A stretch of DNA of 64,000 bases from a virus. Its lineage: Duplodnaviria; Caudoviricetes. Positions within the stretch are counted from its first letter, which is position 1; every line of letters starts with the position of its first letter. The notes under the pieces are model-generated. The model did not search any database. It worked only from the letters and a program-made list of their open reading frames with translations, and was not told the DNA's origin. The stretch lies in IMG/VR virus record IMGVR_UViG_3300028591_000086, positions 64,001 to 128,000 of that record, one strand, 5' to 3'. Made by a program: the position numbers and the translations under genes. Below, one piece after another: positions 10,199 to 20,000 of this stretch.

Positions 10199-12574
10199 CT
10201 ATGCATTAGCATCGGTTGATCCTGTCATACAGAACTTCTTTCTTGTCTCAATATCTTTACCAAGACAATAATCTAAAGTTCTAGCAGCAACTTCAGCATC
10301 TTTTATAGTAATACGTCTGATATTACGTGTATTTTTATTCAACAGATAATTTCTAACGTCTGCTGGGTCAGATTCACCAAGACCTTTAATACGTGATACA
10401 GAAGTATTATTATTGATCAATAATCCTTCAATAAATTGAGCATTTCTGTAGCTATTTCCACCATATTTAGTACCAGTATTTTTACCAATAAATACTATAT
10501 CCATTAATCTAATATCTGCTAATCTGTTGGCTATAGGTTTATATACGTTCCAATAGAAATTATTATCAAGGATACAGAAATAATGTTCATATCCTCTATC
10601 TATATTGATATGAAGATGATCTTTTCCCTGTGAGAGTATAGAACAATCATAATCGAGAGCGTTTAAACCTTTAAAGTTTCCAACAACAATATCTGAATAA
10701 TATCTAACAATGTATTCTAGTAATTCTGGACTTAAACCTGTGTGTGGTGAGAACGATTCTATAAATGATTTAAATCCTCTAAGTTTATTTACATAAACTT
10801 TAATAAGGTCTTTAGATAATTTCTTTTTCGTTCTTATATTTTCAGCTTCAAAAGCTTCACTAGCAGTATAAGCTACTACGTCATCAAATGATTTTTGATC
10901 AGGAAGATACAACGTTGTAGAATCTTTTCCTTTACCCACTCGTATTTGGAACAATGGTGGAAGAGCTTCATACAGATATCCTTTTTCTATAATTTCTGGC
11001 ATGTATCTATAGAAGAATCCTGTTAACAAGAGTCTAATGTTTGCTCCATCGGCATCGGCATCAGCACCGAGAATAATAGTATGGAATCTTAAACGATTAA
11101 TGTTAAAGTTTTCACCAAGACCACATCCTAATGCTTCTGTCATCATCTGGTGTTCTTCTGATAATTTAGCAATATGTTGTCCCCAAACATTCTGACCTTT
11201 ACCGCGTACCGCAAATACGGCTTGATACTGTGTGTTTCTAGCAGGTTTTACACTTCCGAAAGCAGAATCTCCTTCTACTATAATCATTTCACTTTCTTCA
11301 GGATTCTTACTACTGCATCCAGCGAATTTTTTCGGATTAATTGAACCAAATGTTATCTTACCAGCCGACGCTTTTATGATATTGTCTTTAGCATCTTTTG
11401 CGGCTTGTCTAGCTTTAGCACTACGTATAACAAGTTTACAAATATTATCTGCTTCTTTCTTATTATTGGCTAACCAAGTTTGTAATAATGGATATAATGA
11501 CGATGATGCGAAAAACATGATGTCACTATTATCCATAGCATCTTTTACTTGGGTTGTGTATTTTGGTGCAGAGTGTTTAGCTGATACTATAAGAACTAAT
11601 GTATCTCTAACGTCATTACCATCAATATCAAATTTAGCATTCTTAGGTAATAAGTTATTCTTATTAATATAATCCTTTATAGCCTTAGTGATAGCCATAT
11701 GGACACCAGTAACATGAGAACCACCATTTATAGTTCTAAGACCATTGACATATGATTCAATATATTCTCCATGTCCATTCTCTGCCCATGAAAAGAACAC
11801 AGAATAATTCATGTTAATAAATTTATCCGGTTTAGTAGGATGAGGTATCTGTTGTGAATTTGCAAAAGTTAACGGTCGTGACACAATATGGAATTTATTT
11901 TTCTTAACAACCACATTTGAAAAATATCCTAATAATCCTTCAGGATGATAATATTCAAAATGTTTATTATCCCAGTTTAATAAAATCTTTAAACCGGCAT
12001 TTATATAAACATTCATATCCATCATATTAGAATACTTATTAAAATCTGCTCCTAATTCTTCAAGTACTTCAATATCCGGTATCCATTCCACTCGTGTACC
12101 AGTAAGAGATTTAGGTTCATCTTTTATCCAGAATACTTTCTCTATGGATTTTTCCGATTCAAAATGTCCATGCTTTCCTCGATATACCGTGTCAACTATA
12201 AACTTCTCAGAAAGAGCATTAATACATTTCAGACCCAATCCATTCAAACCGATACTATAATCATATGTAGATTTACCGAATTTGCCTCCGGTATGGACTT
12301 TTACCAAGGCATCATGAAATACTTCAATAGGAATACCTAACGCATGATCTTCAATTATAAAGTGTGTTTTTCCTGTAGAATCTACATCTATCTTAATCTC
12401 GTTTAATCGTCCAGCATTAAATTCATCAATTTCATTTCCTAAACCTTCTAGAAATAGTCGGTATACACCTTCTTTACCAATAGAACCAATGTATACAGTT
12501 GGTCTAGTTCTAATACCATCCAAACCTTCGTGAGATTCGAATGATTCAGCTGTGTATTCTTTATTCTGTTGCAT
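10199..12574 (-). CDS. gyrB: Type IIA topoisomerase / DNA gyrase subunit B
   Basis: IRTRPTVYIG, GNEIDE, HTGGKF, GLNGLG (GHKL ATPase); VEGDSA, AVRGK, DADADG (TOPRIM); RIKGLGE. Confidence 0.93.
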   Translation of the reverse strand: MQQNKEYTAESFESHEGLDGIRTRPTVYIGSIGKEGVYRLFLEGLGNEIDEFNAGRLNEIKIDVDSTGKTHFIIEDHALGIPIEVFHDALVKVHTGGKFGKSTYDYSIGLNGLGLKCINALSEKFIVDTVYRGKHGHFESEKSIEKVFWIKDEPKSLTGTRVEWIPDIEVLEELGADFNKYSNMMDMNVYINAGLKILLNWDNKHFEYYHPEGLLGYFSNVVVKKNKFHIVSRPLTFANSQQIPHPTKPDKFINMNYSVFFSWAENGHGEYIESYVNGLRTINGGSHVTGVHMAITKAIKDYINKNNLLPKNAKFDIDGNDVRDTLVLIVSAKHSAPKYTTQVKDAMDNSDIMFFASSSLYPLLQTWLANNKKEADNICKLVIRSAKARQAAKDAKDNIIKASAGKITFGSINPKKFAGCSSKNPEESEMIIVEGDSAFGSVKPARNTQYQAVFAVRGKGQNVWGQHIAKLSEEHQMMTEALGCGLGENFNINRLRFHTIILGADADADGANIRLLLTGFFYRYMPEIIEKGYLYEALPPLFQIRVGKGKDSTTLYLPDQKSFDDVVAYTASEAFEAENIRTKKKLSKDLIKVYVNKLRGFKSFIESFSPHTGLSPELLEYIVRYYSDIVVGNFKGLNALDYDCSILSQGKDHLHINIDRGYEHYFCILDNNFYWNVYKPIANRLADIRLMDIVFIGKNTGTKYGGNSYRNAQFIEGLLINNNTSVSRIKGLGESDPADVRNYLLNKNTRNIRRITIKDAEVAARTLDYCLGKDIETRKKFCMTGSTDANA

Positions 12575-12627
12575 TATTACACTTCCTTCTATTATTTATA
12601 ACATACTTAAGTTTTCTATTCTATAAT

Positions 12628-12636
12628 ATAATATAT
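12628..12636 (-). promoter_or_regulatory. Early-type phage promoter motif ATATATTAT
   Basis: The same motif recurs upstream of about 10 minus-strand genes in the window. Confidence 0.5.
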
Positions 12637-12687
12637 CAATCATTTTTATTTATAAAAATAAATAAAATATCATTATGTTAAATTTGA

Positions 12688-12699
12688 AACATTTTTATG
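12688..12699 (+). promoter_or_regulatory. AR9-like late promoter AACA-N6-TG
   Basis: AACATTTTTATG upstream of the gp25-like gene. Confidence 0.55.
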
Positions 12700-12714
12700 A
12701 AAAGAGGTATTATT

Positions 12715-13155
12715 ATGAGTAATAAAACTGCTACAACTAAAGTTGTAGATTTTATACCAGAATTCGGTATTAGTGGAGATTTTAAGAAAATAACAGAATA
12801 CGATTTTCTTAAATATAACTCTCTAATCATACCAATAGTTACTCTCTTAAATATGGAAAAAGGTTCCAATACTATAATACCTGATATGGGTTGTAAAGAT
12901 ATTCTCTTACAATTTCCATTTTGTGAAGAAGATAATATAGAACAATTGGTTAATTCTTTAAATACAGAATTGAACAGATGGAGCGAAGTTAACTGCTCCG
13001 CATATATAGATACTAAAAAGACAGATTGGTCTACGGGCGAAGTGACATTAGCAATTGATATATTCGGAATACCCGCGCCATTATATGTTACTGTTAATAA
13101 AGATAAAGCTTCTGCACAACAGATAAAAATAGTTCCACCTTCCATATTTTCATAG
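12715..13155 (+). CDS. gp25-like baseplate wedge / sheath-initiator protein
   Basis: LLNMEKGSNTIIPDMG resembles the gp25/GPW motif. Start moved to MSNK, which follows SD AGAGG and lies downstream of the late promoter. Confidence 0.6.
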   Translation: MSNKTATTKVVDFIPEFGISGDFKKITEYDFLKYNSLIIPIVTLLNMEKGSNTIIPDMGCKDILLQFPFCEEDNIEQLVNSLNTELNRWSEVNCSAYIDTKKTDWSTGEVTLAIDIFGIPAPLYVTVNKDKASAQQIKIVPPSIFS

Positions 13156-13166
13156 GAGGAATATAA

Positions 13167-13967
13167 ATGAGTTTGTATAACGATGAAGAAAATTATTACA
13201 AAGACGATGATGATTATGAATACACTAAAAACATAGAACAAAAGAAAAAACTTGAAATAAAAAACACAGATAAAACGACTGATAACAAAATTGATGAAAA
13301 AACTAAAATAAAATTAAATCATGTTACAGATACATCAACTTATGAAACTGATAAACAAATGATACTTATAACTCCTGAACAAGCCCAAACAGAATATGAA
13401 AATCAACAAAAAATTAAAAATTTTGAATTAACTAAAGAATATGCTAATCCTGTGTTTGCTCAAGCGGTTAAACAAGTAGAAGATAAATTAAAACGAAAAA
13501 TAAATTATGATGAATTTGACAAAATGTGTAAAACTTATGCTGGTGAATTAGCTAATGCTGATGCTAGATCATTAAATCGTGCTCCTAAAGAGGAAGATTT
13601 CGATAAATATTATAACGATTTGATACAAAATAAAACAGTAAAACCGTTATATAAAAATTATGGAGCTAGATTAGAAGTGCAAAAGGTTGATGAAATATAT
13701 GATTTATATCTCAAGGCAAAAGATAAAATCGATTCATCAACTATCAAATCTAGCATGAATAAACCTATAAATATTCATCATAAAGGCAAGGTAGAATTTC
13801 AAGATTTTGAAAATCGTAAAAAAATAACCATAAATAATGAAAACGATGTCAAATTATTACATATGCAATATAGAAAAGATTTCCTAGATAAAAGATTTGG
13901 TAATGAAATACAAAAAGAAACAGGAATCGCAAATAATAAAATACATGATAATGAAGGTTTCGAATAA
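13167..13967 (+). CDS. Hypothetical protein
   Basis: 266-aa ORF with SD AGGAGG. Confidence 0.65.
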   Translation: MSLYNDEENYYKDDDDYEYTKNIEQKKKLEIKNTDKTTDNKIDEKTKIKLNHVTDTSTYETDKQMILITPEQAQTEYENQQKIKNFELTKEYANPVFAQAVKQVEDKLKRKINYDEFDKMCKTYAGELANADARSLNRAPKEEDFDKYYNDLIQNKTVKPLYKNYGARLEVQKVDEIYDLYLKAKDKIDSSTIKSSMNKPINIHHKGKVEFQDFENRKKITINNENDVKLLHMQYRKDFLDKRFGNEIQKETGIANNKIHDNEGFE

Positions 13968-13974
13968 TTTCATA

Positions 13975-14003
13975 ATATGAGCGGGGCAATTCCCGCTCAT
14001 ATT
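13975..14003 (+). terminator. Intrinsic terminator
   Basis: ATATGAGCGGG-GCAATT-CCCGCTCATAT followed by a T run. Confidence 0.85.
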
Positions 14004-14035
14004 TTTAAAGAAAATTAACCGTTTTTAATAAGAAA

Positions 14036-14047
14036 AACATTATAATG
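14036..14047 (+). promoter_or_regulatory. AR9-like late promoter AACA-N6-TG
   Basis: AAAAACATTATAATG; the core is identical to the motif upstream of 31079 on the minus strand. Confidence 0.65.
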
Positions 14048-14085
14048 CATATCAATTAATAAACTATCATTTTAAGGAGAAAAAC

Positions 14086-17000
14086 ATGAGTGATTCTTCA
14101 AATAATGTAAATAAATACTATGTAAATACTCCAATTGCTGCAGATTATGAAGGAGCGAATTCGGAAGTATTATCTAAAGCTAGTAAATTTGGCTCTAAAT
14201 CACATAGACTTTTATTAGATAAAAATAAAAATATTATCGATAGAGGTTCTAATAATTTTAAGTATTTAGAAAGTACTTTATTTAGTAATAAAGAAGTCAA
14301 ATTTAATAAAAATCAATCGCCTTCAATGTTTGATGTCGATTATATAAATAAAATCAAATCTGAAGAAGGGTGTGTCTATAAGGTGTTAAGATTTGACCGA
14401 AGTCACAATATTCGTTCTTTTGATTTTATATTAAATTACACCCAATTAAATGCTTTTGGCTCAGAAATATATAAACCAGTCGTATTAAATAAACAATTTA
14501 TAGGACGTCTTTTATTCACAGGATGTTCTATTATTAGAGATACCGATACGATGGAAGAACTTCCTTTAAGATTATGTGGAAAATATGAATCTATCGGAGA
14601 TACCGTAAATAACAATATCGATCTTGATGCAAATGTTGATGCTAAAGGTGGTCCAACCATAACTTTTAAATATTCATTCGATAATAATTACGTATATCTT
14701 TTCATAGCATCTTTATCTCCTTTTAGACTTATACCTGTAGGTGATGGTGAATTTATCGATATAAGTTATGCTGAGGGAAAAGGAACTTTAATTGGTGAAA
14801 ATAAAAAAACACTATCTATTGTATCAGATCCTATAACTGGAAATAAAAAGAGTGTAAATTATTTTAGCGATAATCGAGTTTATACCGATATAGTTCTATC
14901 TTTAAAAGATACTACTATAAGTCACGACACTAATAACATCGAATTTGTTGATTTCAATGATGTTGTTATGAATAATGTTGCTGTGTTATCTCGTGCACAA
15001 ACTCTGATCATGTATCCTACCAATGATGGAGAACAAATCATTATCGGTATGGAACCTGCTTCCACTATAAACATGGAAATTGCACCAAATCTTAAACCGA
15101 TACGTTTCGGATCAAATCTCTTAAATACATCAAAAGAAAATATTAAAAGATACATTGATAATTTAAGAAAACAAATAATCGATAGTGCTACTAATATAGA
15201 AAAAGTTCCATTCAATATTAAAACAACCATTCGTTCTAAAGGAAAATATAACATCAATGGCGGTTTCTTTATTGATAATCAAGCCGATAGCATGGGTGCT
15301 ATTATAATCCAAGATATTGGTGTATATGATAATATCACTGGTACATTTGATATAACCGAATATATATTTGATATTAATCAGAATAAATACGAAAAAGCTA
15401 AAACAGTAAAAAGATATCAAGAATACGTGAATAATGCCAGTGATTATCTCACTTCTATTTCTAAAGATCATCCAAATATACCAGCAGTTAGAAAAACTAA
15501 TGTACTCATGGATACTATTCTCAATATAGATTTTAACACTCCTGAAGAATTAGACGTTTATTTTAATGCTGCATTTGCTAGAAGTTCAGTAGATTTTGAT
15601 GTTTTATTTACTTTCACTGAATTTGGAAATATATTGGGTGATAACACTGATGATTATATTGTATATTTCTGTAAAGATGATAAAATAAGAATAATAAATT
15701 TCAAAGACTATCAAATGGAAAATATATACACATTTGATTTTAAAAAATCTGCTAACGATAGTGATACACACGATTATTTAAATACAAGTGATCATATTAC
15801 ATCTGTTACTAGATCTGAAAAAGATGGAAAATATTTATATTATATTGGTACGGAAGAAGGAAAATTTATAGTACTAGTTAACTCCCCAGAAGAAAAGATT
15901 TCAGATGTAAAAATATTAAACGCTTTTAATAACGACGATATCATAAGAGAAAAAGTTTCTTTCGTTAAACATGAAAACGAATTTATTTATATCGGTGGTG
16001 TCAATGGAAGTATAGCTATATACGATATTAATTCTGATAATATTATATACATCAAAACTTGCCTAAGATTCAATGATGAGATAATAGATATAAGTAAAGC
16101 AGATAAAAACAACATTATTGTTGTATCTAAAAAAGAAATAAATTCTTATAATTTGGTATTAAAAAAATGGAACAGTGAAAATAGTTCAATTATTGCTAAT
16201 TCTATTTTTGATAATCCTTTTAAAGATTTACCTTATCCGAACATCGATTTAATTTTAAATAAAGAAGGATTTAAAGATGTTCCAATTATTCAGAAAGATA
16301 ACTATGCTTATATTTTAGGTGTACGTCTAGATAGAGAAGCAGGATACTACCCAGTTTACAAAAAGGTAAATCTTTTAACTGGTGAAATTAAGAATCTTCC
16401 TTTACCAGATAAAGAATTATACTTGTATAAAGCAAAATTATGTAAAGATGAACGATATATTTATTGTATTGGCGGTGCAAGCGTACCTCACATGAATGAT
16501 CCTGTTGAAGAAAGAAAAACATATTATAGTATATTTGATACTTTAGAGGATACGTGGATTTCTACTTCAACCAAAACATTACCTTTAGACAACTCGTCTA
16601 CTATACTCAATAATAATAGTGACTTTTATCCAGTTGCAAATAATGGAAAAATATATATCGTACATCCAAAAGCTTCTGTTATCAATAAAAATGAAGACAC
16701 GGGTCTATATGTGATGAGCAACAAACGTATTAATAAAACATATATAATTACGTTTGAAGAAAGTCGTTTAGATATCGTTAGTATCGATAATCTTACTGAA
16801 GATGAAGAATCAAAACTTCCATCATCAGATATAAATTTAGTGGCATTAGTAAATGATACTAAAGAAAAAAAGATACATTTATTCAGTTGTGTACCTCAGG
16901 TAATACAATCAGAATACAAAGGATACGTGTTAACTAGATATATTTTAGATACTGAAACTGATACGATTTTGTCAAATAACGAAAGTGTATTATGTGGAAC

Positions 17001-20000
17001 AGAACTCGAATTAAGTTCATTATATTCTAATGGTAGATTTTCTGATGTACAAAACGATTTATTTACAAATATATCAATTTATTCTGAATATAAAGAAAGT
17101 ATAATTTACTGTCTTGATAATTTTATCCTTTATATTAACTCATTAGATAATATTATATATACAGAATTTCATGCGATATATCATGATATAGGTAACGGTG
17201 CATCACATGCTCCATTACTCAGTAATGGTGATTTCTCTGCGTGGAGAAAATATAATAAAAAACCATCCAATACAACAATATTACATATAGGAAATTTATT
17301 AGGATTTGTAGGTGGAGATACTGTAAGGGTCACAGATTATCTTTCATTAGATTCAATGAGTTTAATACCTGCTCCAAGATATTTTGAACGTAAAAAAGGA
17401 ATAGAAGCATCTAGTGTTATTTCTGGAAATATGAAAGATGTGTTAAATATAATTCCTATTGAGGGTAAATTTAAATACGATAAAATAGCAACGTGTAGAA
17501 ATAAAAACACAGTATATCTAGCAGTTAATTCTATAGATACAAGTCGTATTATATTGATGAAATATGAATTAGATGATCCTTCAGCTAAACCTATAGTAAT
17601 AAAAACTTTCGAGAATACAAACTCAGTAATTATACTCGATTTAAATATTCTATTTAATAATAATTCATTATACATTTCGACTATAACACAAGTGCGACAA
17701 CAAATGGATATTATAGTATATAAATTAGAAGACGATAACGCTGAATATTTTAGTCTTAATATCGTTAATGGTACTAAAAATATCTACGCATTCATTAATA
17801 ATAATGACGTGTATTACATGAATTATAATAATGGAATTAAATTAGCATTAAATGATGGAAACATTTCACAAATAGCAATAACGGATAATATTTTCAATTT
17901 ACCTGATGACGATGTTATTAATTCAAAAATTATAAAATCCGTTAGCTTTAAGAATAAAAAATATTTCAACGTATACAATGTCAATAAAGATAATAGAATA
18001 GATGTATTAGATATGTCTGATAACAGTTATTCTACTCTTTACACTATTCCTAATAGTAAAGATTCTCTTTTCGGAGATATTATCAACGTTGATAACATTT
18101 TGTATTTCACAAAAGGATCTATTGGAAATGCTAATACTAACGACATTTATAAATTAGATCTAAATGATAATAATTTAAAACGCGCACTAATAAATAACGA
18201 CATCTCAGAATATAATCCTATAATAATATCTAGAAAAAATAAATTATATTCTTTTGGCTCAAATGGAACACTCAAAGTTCTTATTAGTGATATCATAGAT
18301 GAAGCTTTTATATCATTCTCTGCTGAAATCAAAATCAACAAACTTGAAAATACTAGAGATAACAGATTTAATCCTACGTTTACAATTTTCAACGTTAATG
18401 GAAACGAAATATTTGCTGTATTTGGTGGAAAGCAAAGTATAGGTACACCTATAACAAGAACAATTGATTTATATGATGTAAAGCGTCATATATGGAAAAC
18501 CGGATTAGAACTTCCTGTAGAATTAAGTCATTTTACAGTATGTGAAAACACCATATTAGGCGCGACTGAAGAAATAATTTCATCTTCATCAGTAAGACCA
18601 TACAATAAAAAAGTAGTTATCGAATGTGTTGATTATGAATCAATGGATTTCAAGTGTGTAATCAGTGACATCTATCCTAATATCAATGGATTCATATATC
18701 CTACATTCGGAAAATATGCATTAGACAAAGAAAATAACATTTTGTTTGTAGCAAATGTCGATGCAGAAGACAACATCATTGATAGCCAAATCCATAAAGT
18801 TAATCTTAACAATAATACATTAGCTAGTATTGCGGAATTACCTGAAATATTCTCTATTGAAAGAACTAGAATAATAGGTATGGTTGCTTTCAACAACAAT
18901 TTAGGAGTAATCACTTATTCTTATTCTAGAAACACCATAATTGTTCTATGTTATAATTCTACTACTGATTCATGGAATGAAATAACTAGAACACCATTAG
19001 ATGACCATCTGATATTTGAGGGTTCCGATAGGAATAAACATCCTATATTTGCATTCGATATATATGATGAAGTATTTAATTCTATTAAAAATAAATCATC
19101 TTCCAATGTAAATTATACTAAAGCAAATCTGTCAATTTTAAAAGATGATAATGCTATATACACGATGTACATACACATCAATAATTATGGTAGTTCAAAT
19201 GAAACTATCGCTATATCCGATTTCTATAAAACAGTTTCTTTAAATAAAACTAAAGCCAATGATGTACAAACGTTTAAATTGAATAATAATGGTTTTATCT
19301 ATATAGAAAACAAAAATGGTGACATTTATAGAATATTCCCTGATAACGATTTTGATAATTCTTTCGGTGTAAGAAAAAACAATTTCAATATAAAACGCCA
19401 TATCCATGCAATAACTTCCAATAAAAATAAAGCATATTACGTTTCTGATTCAGAAACAGGATATGTAGTATATTGTAAAGATTTGATAACTGATATAGAA
19501 GAATTAATATCAAATATCGAAGATGATGTTGCTATAGAAAAAATTAAATTAGAAATATGTGATAATGAATTGATATTGGCTATTGTTGATAATGCAAATA
19601 ATGGTACATTATTTATATATAATATAAATCTTGATGATAAAACAATTAAATCAATAAGTAAATCTGATATATGTATTGATGATAATGCTGAACCTTTATC
19701 TATAAATCAAATTGTTATAATAAATAAAAACAGCGTTTGCATTAAATATAACAACGATTGTTCTAAAATATTTACATCGGTTGAAAATGATATCAATATT
19801 ACAGATAAAAATCTTCCAAATTCAAATCAATACACTTTAATCAACGTTATTGATGATAACGATTTATTATTTGGAAAAATATCAGAAAATAATGATAAAA
19901 TACTTCAGTTATTTAAAAATGATAAATTAATATCTGAAACAAATTTATCATTTCACATAAATAAATTTATAGTAGTTGGATTTAATTTATATCTTTTTGA

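Noticed and set aside
12678-13241. 187-aa minus-strand ORF and the many other short antisense ORFs in the track (e.g. 11232..11672, 39422..39862, 50314..50838, 51383..51802)
   Set aside because: They overlap well-supported genes on the opposite strand and lack SD sites and motifs; they are shadow ORFs.
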